43,351 nt of DNA from a bacterium (lineage in GTDB: Bacteria > Patescibacteriota > Saccharimonadia > CAILAD01 > BJGX01). Shown here in pieces: positions 35,634-43,351 of this stretch (positions are counted from its first letter, which is position 1; each line of letters begins with the position of its first letter). The translations under genes and the position numbers were made by a program. The notes under the pieces were generated by a model. The model was given only the letters and a program-made list of their open reading frames with translations. It made no database searches and had not been told where the DNA came from. The stretch lies in NCBI GenBank assembly GCA_037132395.1, contig JBAXPC010000002.1, positions 1-43,351 on the forward strand, written 5' to 3'.

Positions 35634-36341
35634 ATGGATATCAATAGGTTCACTGGAGATGAATCAAATGGCCTCGCACTAGCTTCTATTTTGCTAAGAG
35701 CCGAGGAAGATGCCGCCAAGAATAAAGAATTACAAGAAGAAATAGCGGATCTACAAAAAAGACTTGATCTTGATGCATTCACTGGGCTGCTTAATAAGCA
35801 GGCGTTTAACCGTGAGCTGGGTAGAAGAGTAGATATCAGCATCACAACTGGTGAACCTGTGGCGCTGGCCTTTCTAGATATCGACTTTTTTAAGCAAGTT
35901 AATGACACTCTTGGCCATGATATAGGAGACGAGCTAATACTAGCACTTTCAACTAGACTTAGAGATGGCGATGCATACGTAATCGGACCTACCGTCCTCC
36001 ATAGCACTGACCCAGCAGGCTCCAGGCAAGGAAGGCTTGGCGGCGATGAATTTGGAGTTCTCGCATCGCTTACGCAGAGAGACCAGGATAGAGATACCAA
36101 CAACACCCCGCTGTCACCCGAGCAAAGATTTGAGGGATTTAAATCTCATATCTTGAAGCTGTGCCAAGAGTTTATAGGAGCTCATCCTGAGATTAAAAAG
36201 ATGGTACCAGGTTTTGATATAAGCGTTGGTTTTGCTAGCTCCACGGGCATCGAGGGCACAGCTACATCCGAAGCTCTAGTCAGAGCTGCAGATCAAGATA
36301 TGTACAAAGCAAAAGGACGCAACAAAGCCAACCCCAGTTAG
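35634..36341 (+). CDS. Stand-alone GGDEF-domain protein (putative diguanylate cyclase) with no sensor domain
   Basis: Stalk helix plus DAFTGLLNKQAF, FLDIDFFKQVND and RLGGDEFGVL. No RxxD I-site lies 5 residues upstream of GGDEF. There are insertions on both sides of the GGDEF loop. Confidence 0.85.
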   Translation: MDINRFTGDESNGLALASILLRAEEDAAKNKELQEEIADLQKRLDLDAFTGLLNKQAFNRELGRRVDISITTGEPVALAFLDIDFFKQVNDTLGHDIGDELILALSTRLRDGDAYVIGPTVLHSTDPAGSRQGRLGGDEFGVLASLTQRDQDRDTNNTPLSPEQRFEGFKSHILKLCQEFIGAHPEIKKMVPGFDISVGFASSTGIEGTATSEALVRAADQDMYKAKGRNKANPS

Positions 36342-36479
36342 TAACCACTAGGCTACTTAAGGCTGCTTACATTATATTACTTTTATTGCAGAATGAGCTG
36401 TTCTAGCTGAGATTGTGTATTGATTAGATTTAGAGTTATTAGACACTAACGACTAACAATGTAGTATAGTAGCTATAAT

Positions 36480-37121
36480 ATGAATACCAACCTCCCCAAT
36501 TACGCTTTTATTGATAGCCAAAACCTCAATCTCGGCATTCGATCGCAGGGCTGGAAACTCGACCACCGCAAGCTGCGTCTGTACCTCAAAAACAAGTACA
36601 ACATCGAGAAAGCCTTTATATTTATTGGTCATGTTACCGACAACCAAAGCCTCTACGACGAGCTCGAGCAGGCTGGTTTTATAATGGTTTTTAAGCCAAC
36701 TGTTGGCTATATGGAAAACGGCAAAGAGATCGTTAAAGGTAATGTCGATGCCGAGCTAGTTTTACATGCCGCCGCCATTGAGTACAACAATTACAATAAA
36801 GCGGTCATCATTACCGGCGATGGCGACTTTAATTGCCTCATCGAATATTTGAGCCAAAAAGGCAAATTGCTTAATCTTTTAGTCCCAAGCGACAGGTTCT
36901 CGAAATTACTAAGTAGCCACACCAAAAAAATTGTCAAAATGAGCGAGCTACGTAGTAAGCTCGAGCTACGGGCACGAAAGCGCAAGCCGACACCCGCGAA
37001 TACTCCGAATCCGACTCCGAATCCGACAAGCACTGCTGCGCCGCAAGACCAGCCAAAGCAGCCTTTCAAGCCTAATAACCAACCTAAACCCCAAGATAAT
37101 ATTCAGAATACGCCTCGATAA
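36480..37121 (+). CDS. NYN (LabA-like/PIN-like) domain protein with a Pro/Asn/Thr-rich C-terminal tail
   Basis: YAFIDSQNLNLG at the N-terminus, ITGDGDFNCLIEYL, and the tail PTPANTPNPTPNPTSTAAPQDQPKQPFKPNNQPKPQD. Confidence 0.78.
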   Translation: MNTNLPNYAFIDSQNLNLGIRSQGWKLDHRKLRLYLKNKYNIEKAFIFIGHVTDNQSLYDELEQAGFIMVFKPTVGYMENGKEIVKGNVDAELVLHAAAIEYNNYNKAVIITGDGDFNCLIEYLSQKGKLLNLLVPSDRFSKLLSSHTKKIVKMSELRSKLELRARKRKPTPANTPNPTPNPTSTAAPQDQPKQPFKPNNQPKPQDNIQNTPR

Positions 37122-37329
37122 TTTAATTTAGTTTAATTTAAGCAAAAAAAATAACCAGGAGTAGCTTTCGGTCGAAACCTTTGGCCTGCCTGGTTTGGTG
37201 ATATATCCAATATACCAAAAGGCATAAGCAAGGTCAATACCCGCTTGCAATAACTGCTGTTTTTTAGGCTCATTAAAAAAAGAATTACCATCCTTCCTAA
37301 CATAAGTAGCCTTTTTTAAAGCTTATGAT

Positions 37330-37370
37330 TGCTACAATCAAATCATAAAAGTGCTACAATCAAAGCATAA
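37330..37370 (+). promoter_or_regulatory. Direct 19-bp repeat (TGCTACAATCAAATCATAA / TGCTACAATCAAAGCATAA), a possible duplicated -10/operator upstream of the SDR gene
   Basis: The two copies are 3 bp apart and each contains TACAAT. TTATGAT (37324-37330) is also the inverted complement of ATCATAA (37342-37348). Confidence 0.4.
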
Positions 37371-37385
37371 GGGAGTATGTTACGT

Positions 37386-38192
37386 ATGAATATCTCAGAC
37401 AAAGTTTTTGTAGTTACTGGCGCAGCTAGTGGCATCGGCAAAGAAATCACCATGGCACTATTGGCTAAAGGCGCCAAGGTCGCGGCCGTAGACCTCAAAG
37501 AAGAAACTCTAAAGGAGCTTAGTGAAGAGCTAGGCTCAAATAGCAAAAACATTAGTACCCACGCCCTTAGTGTTGCTGACAAAAAAGCCGTCGAGGCCTT
37601 GCCTGGCGAAGTTATTGCCAAGCTTGGGCAGATCGATGGCGTTATTAATAATGCCGGTATTATTCAGCCTTTTGTAAAAATCAACGACCTAGACTACGAA
37701 GCAATCGACAGAGTAATGGGTGTTAACTTTTATGGCACACTCTATATGCTAAAAGCCTTTTTACCAGTACTCCTCAAGCGGCCCGCAGCCCACATTGTAG
37801 ACATCTCTAGTATGGGCGGATTTTTGCCAGTACCAGGGCAGGCAGTTTATGGCGCATCGAAAGCCGCTGTAAAATTGCTTACCGAAGCCCTTCAAGTTGA
37901 GCTAATTGATACCAACGTCGGTGTGACGGTAGTATTTCCGGGGGCTACAAGTACCAATATAACTAAAAATTCTGGTGTCAAATCACCCATTAGCGAAGAG
38001 GCCGCCAAAAAAATCAAGATTCCGACCCAGTCGCCAAAAGATGTAGCTAAATTAGTTATTAAGGCCATCGAAACCAATCAGACACAGGTTTTTGCAGGCA
38101 AAGACTCGAAGTTTATGAACCGTCTGTACCGCCTCAGCCCGAGCTACGCCACAGGCCTGATTGCCAAACAAATGAAGTCGCTACTTAAGTAG
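37386..38192 (+). CDS. Short-chain dehydrogenase/reductase (classical SDR)
   Basis: Motifs TGAASGIGKE, NNAG and YGASKAA. GGGAG lies 10 nt before ATG 37386 (the ORF is open from ATG 37377). Confidence 0.9.
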   Translation: MNISDKVFVVTGAASGIGKEITMALLAKGAKVAAVDLKEETLKELSEELGSNSKNISTHALSVADKKAVEALPGEVIAKLGQIDGVINNAGIIQPFVKINDLDYEAIDRVMGVNFYGTLYMLKAFLPVLLKRPAAHIVDISSMGGFLPVPGQAVYGASKAAVKLLTEALQVELIDTNVGVTVVFPGATSTNITKNSGVKSPISEEAAKKIKIPTQSPKDVAKLVIKAIETNQTQVFAGKDSKFMNRLYRLSPSYATGLIAKQMKSLLK

Positions 38193-38240
38193 CTCGCAAT
38201 TTGATACCTAACATTAGTAAGTCAGCTATTATTTAGTACT

Positions 38241-38276
38241 AATAACAAAAGCAGCGAATATAATTATCCGCTGCTT
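38241..38276 (-). terminator. Hairpin terminator, best oriented for the minus-strand gene
   Basis: AAGCAGCG pairs with CGCTGCTT (12-nt loop). TTTTGTTATT follows on the minus strand. Confidence 0.55.
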
Positions 38277-38287
38277 ATTGCTGTTAG

Positions 38288-38959
38288 TTATTGTGTGGCG
38301 GCAGGAGTGGTTGGAGTCGTTGTTGATGCTGGGGTAGTCGTTGTTGATGCTGGAGTAGTCGTTGTTGATGCTGGAGTCGTTGTTGATGCTGGGGTAGTTG
38401 CTGCCGTTGTACCACAGGTGATCTTATTGGCTTCTTCTTTTGAGACGACGAACATTATTAAGCTTATCATCTGGTCGGTATCACCAGCTTTCGGTCTTTG
38501 CAAGACAATATCGAAGTGATTAACTGGGTTGTCTGTAGTAAGTGCTAATAGTGTTTTCGAGAACTGATCAGGATTTTTTAAGAGCCCGTTGACGCCTAGT
38601 GAGTACTCAATAGCGATTACTTCGCTGTTTCGCACATCGAAGATTGGGCCGGCAGGGATGTTTTTGGGCTCAATATACTGCTTGCCTCGACCAGGAATAC
38701 ATTCGTTAAGCACAATAGCCTCTTTGGGGAGGTTGATCGGCTTAGCGACCACTACAGCCACTTTGGCTGTTTCTTTATTTTGCTTGCCTATTAAAAACGC
38801 ACCAAAAGTCGATGCTGCAAATAGTGCTAAAATCGACACAATTATTAATATTTTGTTAATATTAGATTTTTTAGGTTGCGGAGCCTGATTCATGGGACCT
38901 GAGCTTATGGGGCCTGCACCGGCATTGCCGATGTTGTTGTTGTTGTTATTATTATCCAT
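38288..38959 (-). CDS. Membrane-anchored hypothetical protein with a poly-Asn N-terminus and a Thr/Pro-rich C-terminal repeat
   Basis: MDNNNNNNNIGNAG..., TM ILIIVSILALFAASTFGAFLI, a globular domain, then TTPASTTTPASTTTTPASTTTTPASTTTPTTPAATQ. The ORF is open to 39016. Confidence 0.65.
   Translation of the reverse strand: MDNNNNNNNIGNAGAGPISSGPMNQAPQPKKSNINKILIIVSILALFAASTFGAFLIGKQNKETAKVAVVVAKPINLPKEAIVLNECIPGRGKQYIEPKNIPAGPIFDVRNSEVIAIEYSLGVNGLLKNPDQFSKTLLALTTDNPVNHFDIVLQRPKAGDTDQMISLIMFVVSKEEANKITCGTTAATTPASTTTPASTTTTPASTTTTPASTTTPTTPAATQ
38316..38396. repeat. Tandem 18-21-bp repeat (GTCGTTGTTGATGCTGG[GGTA])
   Basis: Four consecutive units were read directly. They encode the (T)TTPAS repeat on the minus strand. 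Confidence 0.85.
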
Positions 38960-39108
38960 AAGCTTTATTATAGTAGTATGTTTACTATTGTCAACAGCTA
39001 TAATCAAAATAAGCAATACAACCCGTTGCGGGCGTTATTGGCTTCTATATTATTGTCTCGCGCTGCAGTAGAACCACGAGTGCAAACTTTAAAGCACAAT
39101 ACACTATA

Positions 39109-41067
39109 ATGGCGTTCCATTTACTACCCAGACTCAAAATTTCCTCAAAGGTATTGGTGTTTTTCTTATTCGTTTCATTATTGCCACTACTGGTAGTGAG
39201 TGTTGTTCTGGTGGGTCGAGGGCGAGCCTTGCTGCTAGACGCCGCCATAACCAAGCAAAAGGTGGTAGCCACTAGCACCGCCGATAAGGTCAATATTTTT
39301 CTTGATGACCGTATCAGAGCACTGGTATTGGAGTCGAAGTTACTGGCCCTAGCTAAATCCGAGCCTGCACTCACTAGCAAAGATTTCGCAGCACTCATTA
39401 AACAAGATAAAAGTATTCAGGAAGTTATACTTTTGGATCCGAAAGGCGTGCAGGTAGTAAAGGTCGATGCCAACGGCTCAGATTTTAGTACTCCCGACCG
39501 CTCATCGTCTGATTCGTTTAAAGCCGTCGGTTTTTTGGAGGGGAGGTATTTTGTAAGCTCCGTTAGCTATGGTCAAAATAACGAACCCTCTATCACCATA
39601 GCCGTACCGATATTGCCTACCAACCTCAGCCAAGCTCAAGACGAAACTACTCGTTCGGCGTCCAGCCCCAAAATAACTTCCGATGTTTTTCTTGGTGTTA
39701 TAGTAGTCAAATACAATATCGGCGATCTGTGGCAGTCGGTGCTCTCGACAACTATCGGCAAAGGTGGCTATGCCTATGTGGTCGATAGCCTTGGCAACCT
39801 CGTGGCGCATCCCGATAGCAACTATTTGGCAAAGAACCAAAAAATAGCCGATGTTGAAGCCGTCAAAAACTATATCAATGACAATTTCGAAACCAAAATT
39901 ACCACCTCTGAGCAGGGTGTAAGCGTCGTTAGTACCCCTACCAAACTATCTAGCAATAGCTGGGCAGTAATAGTTCAGGAGCCAGTTTCGAGTGTTTATT
40001 CGGGTATCAACTCTTTTATTGAGCTCTCGGTAATTATTATTGTATCCTCGGCGCTGTTTGCAATCGTCCTTAGTTTGATATTCCGCAAACAGCTCCTCGA
40101 CCCCATTAAGCAGCTGCTTATCGGTACCAAAAAGATCTCCGAAGGTGACTATAGTTATACCGTTAAGGTCAAATCTAACGACGAGCTGCGATATTTGGCC
40201 GAAACCTTCAATAGTATGTCGCAAAATATCAATAAGCTCGTTGGCGATCTGAAAATCAAAAACGCCGACCTCGACAAAGCAACCAACCAGCTCAGCGAGG
40301 CCAATGAAAAACTTCAGCAAGCCGATACCACCAAGGACGAGTTTATATCGATGGCCTCGCATCAGCTGGGCACTCCACTGGCCACCATCGAGGGCTACCT
40401 GAGTATGGTCAACCAAGGTTACTACGGTCCGCTCAACGAAAAGCTGGCCACGACAGTCAATAAGGCCCTCGGCCGCACCAATGTCATGAAAGGCTTACTG
40501 GCCGACTTTTTAGATGTCAGCCGCATGACGGCCAATAAGTTTTATCTCGACATCGAGCCAACTGATTTTAATAAAATCATCGCCGAAGAGGTCGGTGCCC
40601 TAAAAGCCTCGGCTGCCGAAGCCAAGGTCGAGCTAGCTTACCACGCCCCAGAGCAGGTACCACCGCTAATGAATATCGACGAGCATAAAACCCGCCAGGC
40701 CGTAATGAACCTCATCACCAACGCCATCAATTACACCAAGGGCGGTAAGGTCGATGTCTTTTTGCGCTACGATAGTGTTAATGCCCAGTACACCGTGGTC
40801 GATAACGGCATCGGCGTGCCAGACGAACAAAAGTCGAAGCTATTTAAAAAGTTTTATCGTGCCGATAATGCCAAAGAGACCCTACCAACTGGCACGGGCT
40901 TAGGTCTATACCTAGTTAAGCGCGTCGTTGAAGACCAGGGCGGCAAAATTATCTTCCATAGCGAAGTCGGCAAGGGCTCGACCTTCGGCTTTGTACTGCC
41001 TCTTGATACTAAGCTGCCGCTTGGGCAGTATCTGGCGCCGTCCAATAGTGCCGACGAGTCGGCTTGA
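39109..41067 (+). CDS. Sensor histidine kinase (extracytoplasmic Cache-like domain, HAMP, HisKA, HATPase_c)
   Basis: Two TM segments flank a roughly 270-aa loop. H-box FISMASHQLGTPLATIEGY, N-box NLITNAINYT, and G-boxes DNGIGVP and GTGLGLYLVKRVV. Confidence 0.9.
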   Translation: MAFHLLPRLKISSKVLVFFLFVSLLPLLVVSVVLVGRGRALLLDAAITKQKVVATSTADKVNIFLDDRIRALVLESKLLALAKSEPALTSKDFAALIKQDKSIQEVILLDPKGVQVVKVDANGSDFSTPDRSSSDSFKAVGFLEGRYFVSSVSYGQNNEPSITIAVPILPTNLSQAQDETTRSASSPKITSDVFLGVIVVKYNIGDLWQSVLSTTIGKGGYAYVVDSLGNLVAHPDSNYLAKNQKIADVEAVKNYINDNFETKITTSEQGVSVVSTPTKLSSNSWAVIVQEPVSSVYSGINSFIELSVIIIVSSALFAIVLSLIFRKQLLDPIKQLLIGTKKISEGDYSYTVKVKSNDELRYLAETFNSMSQNINKLVGDLKIKNADLDKATNQLSEANEKLQQADTTKDEFISMASHQLGTPLATIEGYLSMVNQGYYGPLNEKLATTVNKALGRTNVMKGLLADFLDVSRMTANKFYLDIEPTDFNKIIAEEVGALKASAAEAKVELAYHAPEQVPPLMNIDEHKTRQAVMNLITNAINYTKGGKVDVFLRYDSVNAQYTVVDNGIGVPDEQKSKLFKKFYRADNAKETLPTGTGLGLYLVKRVVEDQGGKIIFHSEVGKGSTFGFVLPLDTKLPLGQYLAPSNSADESA

Positions 41068-41191
41068 GGTATGAAGCGCGCTGCCTTGCCAAACTAGCTA
41101 TTATGAAACTATCTATTTTTGGGGCCAGTGATAAAATCGGTGGTCATACTAGCCTATTAATCTACTAACCCTTTTTTAGCTTTTTTGCAAT

Positions 41192-41219
41192 TTGCTAGGT
41201 ACAATATAAGTATTACAAT
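41192..41219 (+). promoter_or_regulatory. Candidate promoter (TTGCTA-16 nt-TACAAT) for the SOD gene
   Basis: Both hexamers were read directly. This would place the transcription start about 20 nt upstream of ATC 41247. Confidence 0.4.
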
Positions 41220-41246
41220 GTAACAACCAAAAGAAAGGCCAATACC

Positions 41247-41870
41247 ATCAAAAAATTCGTTCTACCCAAGCTCAAATACGCCACTAACGCCCTAGAGCCA
41301 ATAATGTCTCAAGAAACTATTGAGTATCACTATGGCAAGCACCACCAGGCCTATATTGATAATCTCAATGGTCTTATCGAGGGTACAGATCTTGCCGAGC
41401 TGCCAATTGAAGAGGTTATTGTTAAGGCCGAGCCGGGCCCAATTTTCAATAACTCCGCCCAGGCTTATAATCATAGCTTTTACTGGCAGTGCCTGACCAC
41501 GCCGCAAGGCGAGGGCAATGCGCCATCGGGCAAGCTAGCTCAGGCCATAGACGAAGCTTTTATAGATTTTGCCACCTTCAAGACTCAGTTTAGTGAGATG
41601 GCCAGCAAACATTTTGGCAGTGGCTGGGCCTGGCTGTTTGTTGGCAAATCCGGCAAGCTCGAAATGCTTGCTATGCACGACGCCGGCACACCTATTCAAG
41701 ACGGCCTCAAACCACTCCTTGCCGTAGATGTCTGGGAGCACGCCTACTACATCGACTACCGCAACAAGCGCCCGGATTATGTCGCCGCTATCTGGCAAAT
41801 TATCGACTGGAAGTTTGTCGAGTCTCAGTACGACGCTACCGCGCCCAGCTCGCTGATGCTCCCAGAGTAG
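41247..41870 (+). CDS. sodB: Fe/Mn superoxide dismutase (Fe-type-like), probably initiating at ATC 41247 (first ATG is at 41304)
   Basis: The in-frame upstream sequence encodes [18 protein letters not shown], matching the conserved SOD N-terminus ([17 protein letters not shown] in E. coli SodB). Downstream are EYHYGKHH and [18 protein letters not shown] lies 8 nt before the ATC. Confidence 0.88.
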   Translation: [207 protein letters not shown]

Positions 41871-41981
41871 CCATTTCAAGAATATTTCAGCCCCAAGTCA
41901 GCTATTCGGGAACATAATGTTAGTGCGCAATAAAACAATGCGCCTAGCGCCGGCAGGCGCGGAAGGCGTATAATTTAAGTC

Positions 41982-42485
41982 ATGAATAATTTCGAGATGA
42001 AATGGGTCGAATCGAATAATATATTAAAAAGCGATAGAGCATACCAAGTAAGGCAAGTTTATGTCTGGGCGATGGACAAAAACAAGGAATTTTTAATCGT
42101 TTCAAAGGACGGGAACAATTGGCAGTTGCCGGGAGGCAAACCCGATACGAACGAGCCGATGGTGGCGACAGCTTGTAGGGAGATGCTTGAAGAGACAGGC
42201 GTCAATATTAGCGATCGTATTAGAGATTTAGATTTTTTTGGATACTACAAGGTTAGAGATTTAAGCACGGATAGCCATCCATTTTTGCAGGTTAGATTTG
42301 CCCTAGATATGCAAGGTAGCAATGCCCTAAACTATTTTCATACGCGCAATGAGGATCACAATCAGCAGCAGAGTGAAACAATCAAGCACATCAGGCTTGT
42401 CGATGGAGCAGAGGCAGTACAATTAATACCCTGGCTTTCAAGCTCAGGCGAGTACAAGTACCTCAAATTGTATAACTTAATCTAG
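41982..42485 (+). CDS. NUDIX hydrolase
   Basis: Nudix box GGKPDTNEPMVATACREMLEETGV. GCGTATAAT lies 7 nt before the ATG. Confidence 0.85.
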   Translation: MNNFEMKWVESNNILKSDRAYQVRQVYVWAMDKNKEFLIVSKDGNNWQLPGGKPDTNEPMVATACREMLEETGVNISDRIRDLDFFGYYKVRDLSTDSHPFLQVRFALDMQGSNALNYFHTRNEDHNQQQSETIKHIRLVDGAEAVQLIPWLSSSGEYKYLKLYNLI

Positions 42486-42550
42486 CATAATAAGTTTTGC
42501 AGTTTGCAAGGACTTTCCTTGCAAAACTAAAAAAGCGTATAATTTGAGCT

Positions 42551-42976
42551 ATGAATATATACCTAGACATAGACGGCGTACTGATTAAAAATGATTCTAC
42601 GCTGGCCAATTTTGCCCCAGAGTTTATTGAGTATGTACTTACCAAATACCCAGACAGCACCTACTGGCTTACCACTCATTGTCAGGGTGATGCGAGCGTG
42701 CCAATGCGCCGGCTGGGCCACATGTTTGAGCCCCGCATAGCTGAGCTAATGCTAGCAATCAAGCCAACTAGCTTTGATCACGCCAAGACCACGGGCATTG
42801 ATTTTAGTAAGCCATTTTTATGGTTTGACGACAATGTTTTTGATTTTGACAAAGATATTCTCAGAGAAAATAACGCCTTAGATAATCTTATAGATGTAGA
42901 TTTGCTCAAAAACCCAAATGTCTTACAGCAATTTATTTACGACTTTCCTACTATGAGCCCACACGCTAGCGCGTGA
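42551..42976 (+). CDS. HAD-like small hypothetical protein
   Basis: The N-terminus MNIYLDIDGVLI resembles HAD motif I (DxDGV). The late FDDN segment may be motif IV. GCGTATAAT lies 7 nt before the ATG. Confidence 0.5.
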   Translation: MNIYLDIDGVLIKNDSTLANFAPEFIEYVLTKYPDSTYWLTTHCQGDASVPMRRLGHMFEPRIAELMLAIKPTSFDHAKTTGIDFSKPFLWFDDNVFDFDKDILRENNALDNLIDVDLLKNPNVLQQFIYDFPTMSPHASA

Positions 42977-43001
42977 TGGTGGGGCGGGGTATAGTAATTA
43001 T

Positions 43002-43351
43002 ATGAAAGAAGATAATGACTTTGATTCTGCCAATGAAAAAACTCAAGCCCTCAGAGACAAGTATGGCAGGGCTGAGCTGCCAAATGATGCCCTAAAAGTA
43101 CTTCACTACTACCAAGACCTCATTGCTCTGGCTCAAGATGGCCCAATCACCAGTAAAGATGCTGCCTATCTTATAGCAGATACTATGTGGTATCCGGCAG
43201 TAGATAAACACCCTGGCCTTGAGGCTATAACAGGTGATGCCGGTGAGCTAGAATTGCCAAATGGCCACATAAGTGGAGACCCGGCAGAGCGCTATAAGCG
43301 GCTAAGTGTGTGGATACAAGAAGAAATCGATATTATCAACAAGGCTAAGGG
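43002..43351 (+). CDS. Hypothetical protein, paralog of 35145..35477 (3' end lies outside the window)
   Basis: My translation is MKEDNDFDSANEKTQALRDKYGRAELPNDALKVLHYYQDLIALAQDGPITSKDAAYLIADT...DAGELELPNGHISGDPAERYKRLSVWIQE. There is no stop before the window end. TATAGT lies 6 nt before the ATG. Confidence 0.7.
   Translation, partial: MKEDNDFDSANEKTQALRDKYGRAELPNDALKVLHYYQDLIALAQDGPITSKDAAYLIADTMWYPAVDKHPGLEAITGDAGELELPNGHISGDPAERYKRLSVWIQEEIDIINKAK

Noticed and set aside
35615-36106. 163-aa minus-strand ORF
   Set aside because: It is antisense to the GGDEF gene, which has clear domain motifs. Its translation is Ser/Leu/Pro-rich and featureless.
37122-37320. Possible 57-aa minus-strand ORF (MLGRMVILFLMSLKN...) or a structured RNA around the AACCAGG...CCTGGTT hairpin
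   Set aside because: It has no convincing Shine-Dalgarno or -10/ATG geometry and the amino-acid composition is odd. The hairpin has large internal loops and no U-tract. The evidence is too weak to call either feature.
39045-39398. 117-aa minus-strand ORF overlapping the start of the histidine kinase
   Set aside because: It overlaps the first TM region of the kinase gene on the opposite strand, and it has no ribosome-binding site or recognisable motif.
41940-41961. GC-rich hairpin GCGCCT...AGGCGC after sodB as a terminator
   Set aside because: The stem is short and no T-tract follows. It may still pause transcription, but I would not annotate it as an intrinsic terminator.
1-43351. Alternative genetic code (UGA recoding), considered because the gene content looks CPR-like
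   Set aside because: TGA ends well-conserved genes at their expected C-termini: ftsE 2078-2080, mreB 17624-17626, the ligase-like gene 18898-18900 and the 22442-22444 stop. An RF2 gene is also present.
1-43351. CRISPR arrays, IS elements, integrases, prophage genes and rRNA
   Set aside because: No spacer-repeat periodicity, no transposase- or integrase-like ORFs and no rRNA-like sequence were seen. The only repeats are in-frame coding tandem repeats.

Overview
This is a 43.35 kb window with dense coding on both strands. There are no rRNA genes, CRISPR arrays, transposases or integrases, and TGA is used as a stop codon (standard code). Gene content suggests a small-genome monoderm, possibly Patescibacteria/Saccharibacteria-like, but that is inference only. 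Supporting features are an LPXTG substrate plus sortase, a prfB-ftsE-ftsX-CHAP hydrolase-Ctp module, Pro/Thr-rich wall-spanning repeat proteins and a PEGA protein. Housekeeping genes recognised: prfB, ftsEX, pyrG, rpmA, xseAB, murA, mreB, gltX, nrdAB (class Ia), idi, an Fe-type SOD, tRNA-Leu(CAA) and tRNA-Glu(CUC). There is also a wall-glycopolymer cluster (O-antigen-ligase-like, GT4, TagA-like). The accessory part (about 29-43 kb) is the most interesting. It holds a heliorhodopsin with all signature residues, arranged back-to-back with a minimal 2-TM K+ channel. It also holds a NOX/ferric-reductase-like flavocytochrome translationally coupled to a membrane-anchored cytochrome b5-like protein. 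Further along are several monocistronic small unknown genes, including a two-member paralog family. The rest of this region has a sensor-less divergent GGDEF cyclase next to a NYN nuclease-like protein, an orphan histidine kinase, a Nudix protein and a HAD-like protein. Two genome-style signals recur. Many genes have a -10 hexamer 6-7 nt upstream of the ATG and no Shine-Dalgarno (leaderless geometry). Two conserved proteins can only be made full length from AUU or AUC start codons.
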